This document shows, one piece after another, positions 26,627-36,825 of a DNA stretch of 64,000 nucleotides (position 1 is its first letter; each line of letters opens with the position of its first letter). The DNA is from a virus. The notes below the pieces were generated by a model. That model had not been told where the DNA came from. It saw nothing but the letters and a program-made list of their open reading frames with translations, and did not search any database. The stretch lies in the UHGV virus genome UHGV-1351982. One strand, 5' to 3'. A program made the translations under genes and the position numbers.

Positions 26627-26920
26627 AAATAACACTCCTATAGTGTACTTCGCTAACAGAGGATCAACAAAAAGATCTTGTTTATCAACTTACAAATATA
26701 TTATACCAATATATACGGGAGAAAGCAACTACAATTTTAAATAAGCCTATGATATTGCATTTAAATAAAAAATTTGCTTGCTTTTATTGGGAGATGTATG
26801 GTACTAGATAATCATTTTATATCGCGTACACGGGTGCGTGATTATACTATTTTTAGTAGAGGTTGGCAAATAAAATTTTTTGACTCAGATCATGTTACAG
26901 AACTTTATAGTAAAATATTG

Positions 26921-26949
26921 TTGACATCCGCCTTCGAATGAGTTATAAT
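26921..26949 (+). promoter_or_regulatory. consensus sigma70 promoter for nrdD
   Basis: ttgaca, 17 nt, tataat; a second ttgact/tatagt pair lies about 40 nt upstream. Confidence 0.6.
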
Positions 26950-26978
26950 AGTAGTCTTAGTTAGAGAAGGAGGGTATA

Positions 26979-28853
26979 ATGAATCGTAATGAAGAACTAA
27001 AGTATAAAGGAATGCAGTCCTTGATTCGAAACTGCAAAGAAATTATCGAAGGTTCAGCAGATGAAGAGCTGCTGTTTAATAATGCCAATAAGCCCTCAGA
27101 ACGTTTCCCTACACAAAGGGATATGCTTGCAGGGGAATTGAGTAAATATCTGATTCTGGAAGAAATGCCAATCCAGATTCGAAATGCTCACATGATTGGT
27201 GATATTCACTTCCATGATGCTGATTACGCTGCGTTAGGTATGACTAACTGTTGCCTGGTTGCTTTGGAAGATATGTTGAAGAATGGCATGAAGGTTGGTA
27301 ATGCTGAAATCAGTACGCCAAACTCCATTACTACTGCGGCTGCTATTACGGCTCAGATTATTACTCAGGTTAGCTCACATCAATATGGTGGTACTTCTGT
27401 AGACCGATTAGATGAAGTATTAGCTCCTTATGTTCGTAAGTCTTATGATAAGAATCATGCGTTTGCAAAACGTTGGACTAAGGATGAAGCTAAAGCATCT
27501 GTAATGGCTACGGAAATGACTGAGAAAGAAGTTTACGATGCCTGCCAGGGTCTAGAATACGAAATCAATACGATGTTCAACTCTAATGGTCAGAGTCCAT
27601 TTATTACCTTTGGTTTTGGTCTAGGAACTTCTTGGGAAGCACGTCTTGTACAGAAAGCAATACTAGAAGTACGTATGGATGGTTTGGGTATCAATAAACG
27701 TACAGCTATTTTCCCTAAACTGGTATTTGTTCTGCGTGACGGCGTAAACATGAAACCTGGCGATGTTAACTACGATATCAAGAAGTTAGCTATGAAATGT
27801 ACTGCTGAACGTATGTACCCTGACTATATCAGTTATGATAAGGTTGTAGAAGTTACTGGAGATTATAAAGTCTCTATGGGTTGTCGTTCATTCCTGGCTG
27901 CTGCGGAAGATGGAGAAACTTCTGGTCGAAACAACTTAGGCGTTGTTTCTGTGAACCTTCCTCGAATCGCTATCGAAGCGGAAGGAAATATTGATCTATT
28001 CTTCGATCTGCTTGAGCTGCGTGTTGATACCGCGTTAAAAGCGTTGGAATGGAGGGTTGATCGCTTAAAATACATTCAAGCTAAAGCCGCGCCCATCCTC
28101 TATATGTCAGGAGCCTTTGGATTACGTCTGGGGCCAGATGAATATGTATTTGATCATTTCTACAAGCGTGCTTCTGTATCTCTAGGATATATTGGCTGCC
28201 ACGAAATGTTACAGTTCATGTTTGGTAAAGATGTAGATACAATGTCTGAGTCTTGTATCAAGTTCGTTCAACGTGTGCTACAATACATGCGTGATCGTGC
28301 TGATCAGAAGAAGGAAGAGACTCAATTAGGGTATAGTCTATATGCTACACCATCTGAATCTCTATGTGATCGCTTCTGTCGCCTAGACCGTGAGTATTTC
28401 CCAGAGCATGAAGATATTCTGACTAAAGGATATTACACTAATTCCCACCACCTTGATGTAGAACGTAAGGTTGCTCCAAACGTGAAGTTTGATTATGAGT
28501 CTAACTTTACCCCAATTGCTTCAGGTGGGTGCATTTCCTACGTGGAATTGCCGGATATGAAACGATTCCCAGATGCACTGGAATGGGTTATTAACTATGC
28601 CGCAAGTAAAGTTCATTACTTCGGTATTAATACTCCAGTAGACTCTTGTGGGGAATGTGGATTCTTGGGTGAGACTATAGCTTCTGAGGATGGTTTCAAA
28701 TGCCCTATCTGTGGCAACCATGATCCTGAGACTCTTGAGGTAACTCGTCGAGTTTGTGGATATCTCGGAAATCCGGGTGCTCGTCCATTTAATCCAGGCA
28801 AACAGCATGAGGTTATGGGTCGAGTGAAACATCAGGACATTCGCGCTAAATAA
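26979..28853 (+). CDS. nrdD: anaerobic ribonucleoside-triphosphate reductase
   Basis: 624 aa; C-terminal zinc ribbon (CGECG ... CPICG) and glycyl-radical motif RVCGYLG; GAAGGAGGG RBS. Confidence 0.7.
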   Translation: MNRNEELKYKGMQSLIRNCKEIIEGSADEELLFNNANKPSERFPTQRDMLAGELSKYLILEEMPIQIRNAHMIGDIHFHDADYAALGMTNCCLVALEDMLKNGMKVGNAEISTPNSITTAAAITAQIITQVSSHQYGGTSVDRLDEVLAPYVRKSYDKNHAFAKRWTKDEAKASVMATEMTEKEVYDACQGLEYEINTMFNSNGQSPFITFGFGLGTSWEARLVQKAILEVRMDGLGINKRTAIFPKLVFVLRDGVNMKPGDVNYDIKKLAMKCTAERMYPDYISYDKVVEVTGDYKVSMGCRSFLAAAEDGETSGRNNLGVVSVNLPRIAIEAEGNIDLFFDLLELRVDTALKALEWRVDRLKYIQAKAAPILYMSGAFGLRLGPDEYVFDHFYKRASVSLGYIGCHEMLQFMFGKDVDTMSESCIKFVQRVLQYMRDRADQKKEETQLGYSLYATPSESLCDRFCRLDREYFPEHEDILTKGYYTNSHHLDVERKVAPNVKFDYESNFTPIASGGCISYVELPDMKRFPDALEWVINYAASKVHYFGINTPVDSCGECGFLGETIASEDGFKCPICGNHDPETLEVTRRVCGYLGNPGARPFNPGKQHEVMGRVKHQDIRAK

Positions 28854-28860
28854 TGAATCA

Positions 28861-28895
28861 GCCAGGTTGCTAGTCGACCTGGCTTTTATTTTATT
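28861..28895 (+). terminator. rho-independent terminator after nrdD
   Basis: Hairpin gccaggt ... acctggc followed by a T-run. Confidence 0.55.
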
Positions 28896-28923
28896 TGCTT
28901 TCGAGCTAAAACTTATGTATAAT
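28895..28923 (+). promoter_or_regulatory. sigma70-like early promoter
   Basis: ttgctt, 17 nt, tataat, leader ataaatttgagaggag. Confidence 0.55.
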
Positions 28924-28951
28924 TGATTTATAAATTTGAGAGGAGAAAGCT

Positions 28952-29191
28952 ATGAGCGAATTGCTTCCGAAAGTAGATGTTTCCCATCTTGGAGAGCCTA
29001 GTGAAGAACGTAAGGCTCTCGATTGGTTAGGTTACTTTGATGAACGTGTTGTATTACGTTCTGTCATGAAAGGTAAGGCCAAACATTTTAGAATCCGCTA
29101 TATTCGTAAGGATTTTGGCCATGTAACAATTGACTATATTGAAAAAGCTGGTAGTATTTCTACAGAAACAATTTACAAGGTTAAACAATGA
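28952..29191 (+). CDS. hypothetical protein (79 aa)
   Basis: ORF after GAGAGGAG RBS. Confidence 0.5.
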   Translation: MSELLPKVDVSHLGEPSEERKALDWLGYFDERVVLRSVMKGKAKHFRIRYIRKDFGHVTIDYIEKAGSISTETIYKVKQ

Positions 29192-29391
29192 AAAACGTAA
29201 AACATCTTAAATATCGCTTAATTTACAACGGACGTATGGAAACAGAAGATCTAGCTCAGCTAGCGATCAATTCAGATGAAGTTACAGTTCGTGCTTTGTC
29301 CATCGAGAAGCTGCGTGCTTCTTACGAAAATCGTATTATGGAATTAGAGGATAAACTTTATGGCATTCTCGAGTCAGAAGCTACCAAGTGA
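29188..29391 (+). CDS. hypothetical protein (67 aa)
   Basis: ORF; ATGA overlap with the upstream gene. Confidence 0.45.
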   Translation: MKNVKHLKYRLIYNGRMETEDLAQLAINSDEVTVRALSIEKLRASYENRIMELEDKLYGILESEATK

Positions 29392-29597
29392 AACTGTTAG
29401 TCTTATTAGCCTGAGTAAACTCAACGAAGAGTTTCAGGGAGTCTTAATGAAGCACTGGGAAACTGGGTATAAAGATGGTGTTGAATCCTGTGCTACTATG
29501 CTAGAAGTTCTTGCTGATAACCTAGTAGAGAAAGGCAATAAAGAATTAGCTGAGCTGTTAGAAGGTATTGGACAAAACTTCAGAGAACAGGTGAAAA

Positions 29598-30428
29598 ATG
29601 CGTAGACTAATTGTTGTTAGTGGTGCAGGTTTGAGCGTAGATAGTGGTGTTTGTGCATTCCGTACAGATACTGCTAGTGGTAAAGCCATGTGGGATGAGT
29701 ACGATCTAGAGGAAGTATGTAACATTAGTGCTTTCCAACGTGGGTATCGTTGCTACACTGGTGAGTTTGGCGTATGGGGTACTGATGAAGATGGTAAGGA
29801 CTTCTACACCAAGACTCATGAGTTCTACAATATGCGTCGTCAAGAACTTGAGAATGTAGAACCTAACATTGCCCATTTGCGTACTGCGGAATGGTTTCAA
29901 CGCTACGGTGCTGATTCTGTAAAGAACTTTACAACTAACGTTGATGACTTGCTCGAACGTGCTGGTATTCCTCGTGAGGAAATCTTACACGTGCACGGCT
30001 ACCTGAAAGAGATTATTTATCGTCGTGATCGTGATATGGTTATTGATGATATTGGGTATAGTGCTGTTGATATTAGTCAGTTTGAGTGGGTAAAGCCAAA
30101 CGTGGTGTTCTTTGGTGAGACAGCTCCGTGGTACATGGGCCAAATCAATCTGTTTGATACTCTTACTAGCAATGACATGGTTATTGTGGTGGGTTGTAGC
30201 AACCAAGTGATCAACTTCAACTGGGAATTATTCCCTGCTGTATGTCGTGGTACTAAGATGATGGTTGTTAACCCTCAAGTTCGCTATGACGAGCAGCTTG
30301 AGTACGAGAAACGTGGTGTTACTGTATGGCGTGCTGGAGCTGCCGAAGTTTTTGGTAACAAGCACTTCATTGGTCAAGTTGAAGCTTTTATGGAAGGAGC
30401 TATTTATGTCCCCGAAAAGACATCCTGA
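29598..30428 (+). CDS. SIR2-family (NAD-dependent deacylase-like) protein
   Basis: VVSGAGLSVDSGVCAFR Rossmann motif, catalytic-His region LHVHGY, VVFFGE and VIVVGCS blocks; no clear zinc-binding CxxC pairs. Confidence 0.55.
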   Translation: MRRLIVVSGAGLSVDSGVCAFRTDTASGKAMWDEYDLEEVCNISAFQRGYRCYTGEFGVWGTDEDGKDFYTKTHEFYNMRRQELENVEPNIAHLRTAEWFQRYGADSVKNFTTNVDDLLERAGIPREEILHVHGYLKEIIYRRDRDMVIDDIGYSAVDISQFEWVKPNVVFFGETAPWYMGQINLFDTLTSNDMVIVVGCSNQVINFNWELFPAVCRGTKMMVVNPQVRYDEQLEYEKRGVTVWRAGAAEVFGNKHFIGQVEAFMEGAIYVPEKTS

Positions 30429-30560
30429 TGATATAATTGTATGGCCAGATAAAACATGGTGCTATCGTGAAGAGTTGTGGGAAATGGATTATATGTCAGA
30501 TGATTTCTGTGTAATCTATATCGACACACCGGAACATAAAGCGTTCCTAGAGGAGAACGA

Positions 30561-30746
30561 ATGATAAAGAAGATTTTTAAGGGTATTTGGAAAGGTCTAG
30601 TATGGTTTGTCAACCTAATCGGTATGATTACCATTTATTCTCTGTTCATATCTGTTATGTGGGGTAAAGGTGAGCTGAAGGTTCCGGTTCCTTTTACTGA
30701 TGAAGTTAAAGTCTGGACATGGGATGCTACTGGTGGAAATAAGTAA
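30561..30746 (+). CDS. small membrane protein (61 aa)
   Basis: Hydrophobic helix WFVNLIGMITIYSLFISVMW. Confidence 0.4.
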   Translation: MIKKIFKGIWKGLVWFVNLIGMITIYSLFISVMWGKGELKVPVPFTDEVKVWTWDATGGNK

Positions 30747-31239
30747 TACTCCTGTGATTTTCCTGGATATTGATGGGGTGCTCAATTCGAGCATCTCTCA
30801 CCATCATGCTCCAGATAGTGAAAAGCTATTCTTTGGTGGTGATTGGGTTTATAAGCCATTACTCCAGGCTTTTCAGAACTTCCTTAAACCTTCTTCAATA
30901 ATGATTGTTGGGGTATCTTCATGGTTTTCTGTACGAAATGAAATGGAGAACGTTCAGATTATGACCGGACTCGGTTTGATCGATCGTTTTCTTGGTACAA
31001 CAGATTTTACTGGAGGTGGTTTATCTCGGGGTAATTCTGTTTTACGTTTTGTCGAAAAATATAAGCTCAAGCATTGGTGTGTCCTAGATGATGCTGGTGC
31101 TATGATGTATCAATTTCCTACTGTTATTGTAAACGGCAGGACTGGAATAAACCTTCAAGATTTAAACGCTATCAGCTATATGCTGGAGTTTAGTCCAGAT
31201 CTTGAAATGTGTAAGGCTCTTCAGAAACTCAAGGTGTAA
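30724..31239 (+). CDS. HAD-superfamily phosphatase (deoxyribonucleotidase-like); start uncertain
   Basis: FLDIDGVLN motif I near the N-terminus. Confidence 0.5.
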   Translation: MLLVEISNTPVIFLDIDGVLNSSISHHHAPDSEKLFFGGDWVYKPLLQAFQNFLKPSSIMIVGVSSWFSVRNEMENVQIMTGLGLIDRFLGTTDFTGGGLSRGNSVLRFVEKYKLKHWCVLDDAGAMMYQFPTVIVNGRTGINLQDLNAISYMLEFSPDLEMCKALQKLKV

Positions 31240-31241
31240 AT

Positions 31242-31670
31242 ATGTTCGATAATCTTTTCATGAAAGAGGTAAACCCTATGCTTCTCAACTTCTGGCGTTC
31301 TCTCCCTAATGGTATGTACAATGAAACCATCAATCTCCTTAAGATTTGGTGTGAGAATAACGATATCTTCCTGTCTTTTAAAGGCCCGCTAGAGGAAGCT
31401 CCGTGTATTGGAGTTAGTGTGGATTTAGGTGAGGGAGTAGAAGAGATTGTGGACTGGAAAGAACTCGATGAAATGGGTCTGGTTTTTGCCTTGAACCATA
31501 AGCTGTTTATGCCTGCAAATCACCGTCTTATTGTAAATTATCGTACTGGTGAAGCTCCTGCTTTCCAGGTAAATGAACGTGAGGGCTGGTCATATTCGCC
31601 CGAGGAAGTAAATGAGGGGATTCAGAAACTTCGTCGTTTCGGGTATATGATCCCAGGTTTAACTGCTTAA
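31242..31670 (+). CDS. hypothetical protein, paralog 1 (142 aa)
   Basis: AAGGTG RBS; shares WxELxxMGLxxALN ... TGExP ... PGL with the next gene. Confidence 0.5.
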   Translation: MFDNLFMKEVNPMLLNFWRSLPNGMYNETINLLKIWCENNDIFLSFKGPLEEAPCIGVSVDLGEGVEEIVDWKELDEMGLVFALNHKLFMPANHRLIVNYRTGEAPAFQVNEREGWSYSPEEVNEGIQKLRRFGYMIPGLTA

Positions 31671-31679
31671 GGAGGCAGA

Positions 31680-32075
31680 ATGGAACAAGTATTTTGGCGT
31701 CAGATAGATCCTAGTTTGGTAGAGCGTGCTGAGGGGCTCCTTGCACGTTGGTTGGGGGTTGACAAGGTTAGTGTAACATTTCCGTTTACTTCTGTAACAG
31801 ACCCTAGTGTAGGTGTCTTTGTGGACGAAGATGAAGATGATGGTTGGGAAGCTGACTGGAATGAATTGTCCAGCATGGGCTTGATTGTTGCCCTCAACTT
31901 CTCTATATTCCATCCATGTGGCTTAGCCATTACACGTGACCCCGAAACTGGTGAATCCCCTTATCTTTTGCAAGTAGAAGATGATATTTGGGAGTACACC
32001 GAAGATATTCTCGAAGAAGCTAAAGGTCAATTAAATCGCATTGGGATCTATGTTCCAGGCCTAAATGATGATTGA
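31680..32075 (+). CDS. hypothetical protein, paralog 2 (131 aa)
   Basis: TAAGGAGG RBS; similar to 31242-31670. Confidence 0.5.
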   Translation: MEQVFWRQIDPSLVERAEGLLARWLGVDKVSVTFPFTSVTDPSVGVFVDEDEDDGWEADWNELSSMGLIVALNFSIFHPCGLAITRDPETGESPYLLQVEDDIWEYTEDILEEAKGQLNRIGIYVPGLNDD

Positions 32076-32691
32076 TTTTCATTAGCCCAATCCTGATTAC
32101 CGAGTCATTTTGGCTCGGTTTTCTCTGTGCTCAAAGACACTGATAGCACCTTCGGAAAAATTTTACTTGCAGGATGCTCAAAATCTTGATATAATATTTA
32201 TATTGAATTGAGAGACATTAGTAAAAATTGATTTTGCTAATTTTTCTTGTTTACAATCCGCAATACGGAACAGTTAGGCTGCCCCATTAAGGGTTGTTTT
32301 AACTATTACTAGTGTTTATACTGCATTAGTTAATTATCAATTAAGTGATCTGCGTACCCTGAATTCGGAAAGGTAAATCCAAACCGTGCATATTTAGCTC
32401 GTTATATAGGCAGAGCTTTATATGGGGGTGCGAACGAAAAGAGCAGCGAATGGTGACACGTCCAGTAGCCACCTACCAATAGGATAGTGAGGGCAATCAG
32501 AATCGGCTTAGCGGCCAATGACCTAGGTTCTGATCTGGATAAGAGTTAAGAGAGCGCAGCACTGAGGTATGATAACTTATTCATACTGCTTGATGATGAT
32601 TAATGTTTGTGTAAATGGTAGTAATAGTTGTTCTATTCTTTTGAATAGTCCTAAAGAAAGATATCCGAATAACCAACATAGGAGTATTGTT

Positions 32692-35481
32692 GTGTTCTCA
32701 ATCCTACAAGGTCACGCAGGATTTTCCAGAGATAAAGCCACTGGCATCTGGAAAGAGATCAAAGTGGAAGATTACACCTTTGCAAAGCGATTCTCTAAAG
32801 AGCATCCAGAAGGTAAACCAGCTTCCATGCCCTTCAAATTTGATGTACTTGAAGAACTTGACCCGCAAAACCTTGCTGAAATGTTACCTATCATGCGTCG
32901 TCTTACCAAAGACCCGCATATTGTAGCTATTCGTGGTAAATGTTTAGCTCCAAAAGATAATGTGCGTCGTACCAGGGGAAACTTTAACGTATCCAATCCT
33001 AGTCATATTATTGCTATGGACGTGGATGGTATTGTAGATACTGGTGGCTATGACAAGTTTAATCTTGTTGGCATGGCACGTCATATTATTAAGATGTTGA
33101 ATAGTATTAGTGAGGATATGTTTCCTCTTGATGCAGGGTTTATTGCCCATGCATCGTCTTCGGCTGGATTAAAACCAGGTATCCGAATGCACTTAATGCT
33201 AGAATCTAATGTCAAGGTAACGCAGGGACAGTTAAAGTTCTTATTTACATCTATCAATGACAGTAGTAAGCAAAAGTATGGCTTTGATATTGCTGACTTA
33301 GCTTATTATTCTTCTGTTCAGCTTCACTATTTTGCAGATCCCTTATTTGATGATGGTATAGTCGATCCGTTTAAAGCGGAGAATAAACCACGTCTTGTGT
33401 ATGTTAAGGGTTCGAAGGTGAATCTACCTAATAACCTAGTTGACTTTGAAACAACTAGAGGTGAGTTTAAAGAAGAGTTCTACTCCTTACTTGACCAAAT
33501 TAAAGGCAAGAAGGCTGCATCTGATAAAGTGGAAGAAACCATCAGCGAACTAGAAGAAGCTGAGGATGGAGTGTACCTGCGTATTATCCCAAAACTTTAT
33601 CACAGAGCGTTAGAAGATGGTGTTGACTTTACGTGGTTAGAACGTGAGATTAAACCAGCTTTATCTGAATATATTGCAACTAAAGATAATAGTCGTAATA
33701 TTCAGGATTACTTTAATAACGGTCGTAAGCAGGCTCTCAAAGCCTTTGTAAATAACTCCAAACGTGAGATTCCACCAAACTTAAAAGGTGTACCATTAAA
33801 ACGTCTAGACACAGATTCTCCACCAGAAGTTCCGTACCTGAAAATTAACATTGTACCCCCAAAAGGACATTTAACATTTGTTAAGGCAAGTCTTGGTACG
33901 GGTAAAACTACAGCAGTAACTAAGTGGCTAGATGCAGGTGTTCTTCCAGGAAACTTTATTGCAATCACAAATACTAGGGCACTTGTATCTTCTAACGCGA
34001 AGAAATTCGGTGCTGGTCAGTATGATAAGTCAGTTGATATGCTGAACTTCAAACGTGGTGCCATTGATCGTATGTCTTCAACTATTCACTCTATCCATAA
34101 GTTCAAGAGCTTTGTGGGTCAGATTGATACGATCTTTATTGATGAATGTGATGCAGTAATGAACGATCTGTTATTCGCTCCGGTTGTTAAAAACCGTCGT
34201 GAATGTATTCAGGTTCTTCGCGATATTCTTATTACTGCTAAAACTGTTATCTTATCTGATGGTGATATCAGTGCAGAAACGATTGAAGCCTATGGTTCTT
34301 TGATTGATTTTGATAAACCGGTTGCGTTCTATAATCATCACCGTAAAATGCTGGCGAAAGCTCACGCTTATGAATTCCCTGACGAATCCAGTATTTGGGT
34401 TGCACTTCAAACATCTCTAGAGATGGGTGAGAAGTCAATCCTAGTATCTGACTGTGGACCAGATGAACTGAATGAAAAGGGAATGGCATTACGTCGTAAT
34501 ACTGGTGCGTTAGTTAAAGAAATTCACTCAAACTCTACGTCTGATGTAGATATCCGACGTATTCTGGATTATACAACTAATGAGCTAATTGATCAACAGA
34601 TTGATTGTTTGTTATGTAGTCCATCTGTAACGAGTGGTGTTGACTTTAACTATTTTGATAATGTATTCGTAATCACTAGAACCTCAAACCAAGCGCCAAA
34701 CATGCGTTTCCAAGCAATCAGGCGCGACCGTGGTGCTCAGAACATTTATTATTTTATTGATAAATCTACGAGTGGATTTTCTGCGGGTTCCGAGCAATAT
34801 AATATTGACGAAGGTTGGATTGAGTTAGCCCAACAACTGTACGCACGCCGTCGTGAGCTGGAATCTAGAAACTATACTAGTACTTTGCGTTATTATCTGC
34901 TTGATCAGGGTGCAACTATCGATATTTTCAGCGAAAGCTGGGGAACTATCGAAGGTGCAGGCAAAGAGTATATAGAAGAGCGAATCAAAGCTATTTTGCA
35001 CTCAACTCCTGAATATTGCGCACCACGTCATGCAGACGCATATGAAGCTAAATTGCTTCTGGTTCGCTATTATCATCTGGATTCTATCAAAGATGTAACA
35101 GTGGAACATGTTGAACAGTATATCAAGGATAAACCGAATGATAGAGCTGCATTTTTCCATAAGATGCACGAGATGTTCTGGGAAGATATCAAGAAGTGTT
35201 CAAACGTAACAATCAAACCTTTTATTGAAGCTCTTAAGAATAAGAAGAAGGATTTCTTCCTTAAGACAGGTCAGAGTGCTAACCCAAAATATGCTCGTAT
35301 GTATCTTGGCATGATGGGTATCGGTAAAGATCTGGATACGGAAAAGATTGTGGACTGGTACAGAACTTACTGTAAGATCGAATGTATGCCGATTCCAGTT
35401 AAGTTTATGACAGATGAAGAACGTCAGATGCATGAGGAAGCTCTTGCTGAATTGGGAGCTAGAAATGACAGTGAAGAATAA
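32692..35481 (+). CDS. large Walker A/DExD-box ATPase, putative replication initiation or origin-binding helicase; start uncertain
   Basis: Walker A SLGTGKTT, Walker B/DExD FIDECDAV; in-frame GTG at 32692 after AGGAG RBS. Confidence 0.55.
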   Translation: MFSILQGHAGFSRDKATGIWKEIKVEDYTFAKRFSKEHPEGKPASMPFKFDVLEELDPQNLAEMLPIMRRLTKDPHIVAIRGKCLAPKDNVRRTRGNFNVSNPSHIIAMDVDGIVDTGGYDKFNLVGMARHIIKMLNSISEDMFPLDAGFIAHASSSAGLKPGIRMHLMLESNVKVTQGQLKFLFTSINDSSKQKYGFDIADLAYYSSVQLHYFADPLFDDGIVDPFKAENKPRLVYVKGSKVNLPNNLVDFETTRGEFKEEFYSLLDQIKGKKAASDKVEETISELEEAEDGVYLRIIPKLYHRALEDGVDFTWLEREIKPALSEYIATKDNSRNIQDYFNNGRKQALKAFVNNSKREIPPNLKGVPLKRLDTDSPPEVPYLKINIVPPKGHLTFVKASLGTGKTTAVTKWLDAGVLPGNFIAITNTRALVSSNAKKFGAGQYDKSVDMLNFKRGAIDRMSSTIHSIHKFKSFVGQIDTIFIDECDAVMNDLLFAPVVKNRRECIQVLRDILITAKTVILSDGDISAETIEAYGSLIDFDKPVAFYNHHRKMLAKAHAYEFPDESSIWVALQTSLEMGEKSILVSDCGPDELNEKGMALRRNTGALVKEIHSNSTSDVDIRRILDYTTNELIDQQIDCLLCSPSVTSGVDFNYFDNVFVITRTSNQAPNMRFQAIRRDRGAQNIYYFIDKSTSGFSAGSEQYNIDEGWIELAQQLYARRRELESRNYTSTLRYYLLDQGATIDIFSESWGTIEGAGKEYIEERIKAILHSTPEYCAPRHADAYEAKLLLVRYYHLDSIKDVTVEHVEQYIKDKPNDRAAFFHKMHEMFWEDIKKCSNVTIKPFIEALKNKKKDFFLKTGQSANPKYARMYLGMMGIGKDLDTEKIVDWYRTYCKIECMPIPVKFMTDEERQMHEEALAELGARNDSEE

Positions 35482-35698
35482 AAAGTGGGAGACAAGGAAG
35501 TTTCCCGTAAAAGAACGTAAAACTTCTGTTTACGATACTGCGGAGAAACTATGTAGGGTTGTACCACCTCGTCTCGCTGGTATCCCTAATGTCTCCATAT
35601 GGTTACTTAAACAACGGAAGACTCGTGTGTCTCTTCGCATTGGCTTTGAGTTAGATAAAGTCTATGCTGAACTTGCTTCTTTGCTCAAAGAATCGTAA
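35465..35698 (+). CDS. hypothetical protein (about 77 aa)
   Basis: ATG with GGAG RBS; overlaps the 3' end of the preceding gene. Confidence 0.4.
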   Translation: MTVKNKKWETRKFPVKERKTSVYDTAEKLCRVVPPRLAGIPNVSIWLLKQRKTRVSLRIGFELDKVYAELASLLKES

Positions 35699-35705
35699 AA
35701 ATTTA

Positions 35706-35735
35706 TTTGCTTTCAGGAAAAATTTTCTGTATAAT
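35706..35735 (+). promoter_or_regulatory. sigma70-like early promoter
   Basis: ttgctt, 18 nt, tataat, leader ataaatttgagagaggag. Confidence 0.55.
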
Positions 35736-35766
35736 AGATTCATAAATTTGAGAGAGGAGTTTAAAT

Positions 35767-36471
35767 ATGGCTGGTTCTCGTAGAAAGAAACTTATCCATG
35801 AAATCCCTGATGAAACCTTTAAAAAGGTTATTGAACATCTGGAGAATGGTGGTACTAAGAAAGCAGCATGTGAAATGCTCGGTGTTTCTTCTAACCCAAC
35901 TATGGAACGAATGATCGAAGAATGGAGAGATCGTCAGGTTCAAGTTGCGGAAATGAAAAAGAAGAAGCGCGGAACACTGATTGAGGGTGTTGAGCTTGCA
36001 AACATAATTGAACAGTATCTTTCTGGTGATTCTTTTGAAGAAATTGCTGATCGTAACTATCGTTCTGTAGCGATGATTAAATCTGTTCTGGAACGTTATG
36101 GTGCTCTGCTTCGTTTAAACGATATTGTTGATCCATTGAATCCTCCGCTGATTCCTGATGATGCAATGGCAGAAGAGTTTGAAGTTGGTGAACTTGTTTG
36201 GGTTCCTGGCTATCAGTGTATTGGTGAGATCAAGAAAGCAATGACTAATCCAGTTGGTTGTTATCGTGTTTGGTTGTTATCAGAAGGTAAACAACAGAAC
36301 GTGCACTATATGCACTACGAATTAGCTTCTGTTAAACATCTGGAAAAGCTGGGTGTTGACGTTAAAGCTCTAGGCTTTAAGTGGAGTCGTGAAGAAGTTA
36401 TCACGTTGGTTAATGAAGCTGTTAAAGCTGCCCTGAAACTCGATAAAGAGAAAGGAAAACGCCGTGAGTAA
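35767..36471 (+). CDS. putative DNA-binding (HTH) regulatory protein
   Basis: 234 aa; N-terminal HTH-like segment GGTKKAACEMLGVSSNPTMERMI. Confidence 0.45.
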   Translation: MAGSRRKKLIHEIPDETFKKVIEHLENGGTKKAACEMLGVSSNPTMERMIEEWRDRQVQVAEMKKKKRGTLIEGVELANIIEQYLSGDSFEEIADRNYRSVAMIKSVLERYGALLRLNDIVDPLNPPLIPDDAMAEEFEVGELVWVPGYQCIGEIKKAMTNPVGCYRVWLLSEGKQQNVHYMHYELASVKHLEKLGVDVKALGFKWSREEVITLVNEAVKAALKLDKEKGKRRE

Positions 36472-36718
36472 ACTAACTGATCTGTTAAAAGCTGGAGAGG
36501 TAAAATATCTCCAGCGAGATAGCTGGGAAAACAATACTTATTCTACTACTATTATCAAAGTAGATGTTGATAATAATGACATCGTAGAATTTACATGGTG
36601 GTGGTCTAAAGATGGACGCACTAAACTCACGCTAGACGATGCATCGTGGAAAACCACTGAGCTAACTCTAGACGAAGCTCTGGCCGACGATTGGGAGATC
36701 GTTGAACTAGATGTGTAG
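36464..36718 (+). CDS. hypothetical protein (84 aa)
   Basis: ORF overlapping the upstream stop. Confidence 0.5.
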   Translation: MSKLTDLLKAGEVKYLQRDSWENNTYSTTIIKVDVDNNDIVEFTWWWSKDGRTKLTLDDASWKTTELTLDEALADDWEIVELDV

Positions 36719-36738
36719 CAGTTACTGAAAAATTTCAG

Positions 36739-36767
36739 TTGCTTAATCCTGTAATTCTTGATATAAT
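36739..36767 (+). promoter_or_regulatory. sigma70-like early promoter
   Basis: ttgctt, 17 nt, tataat. Confidence 0.5.
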
Positions 36768-36825
36768 ATTCTCATAGTTTGAAAGAACTATTCTGTTTAA
36801 TTCTTAATTAAGGAAATCGAAAAAT

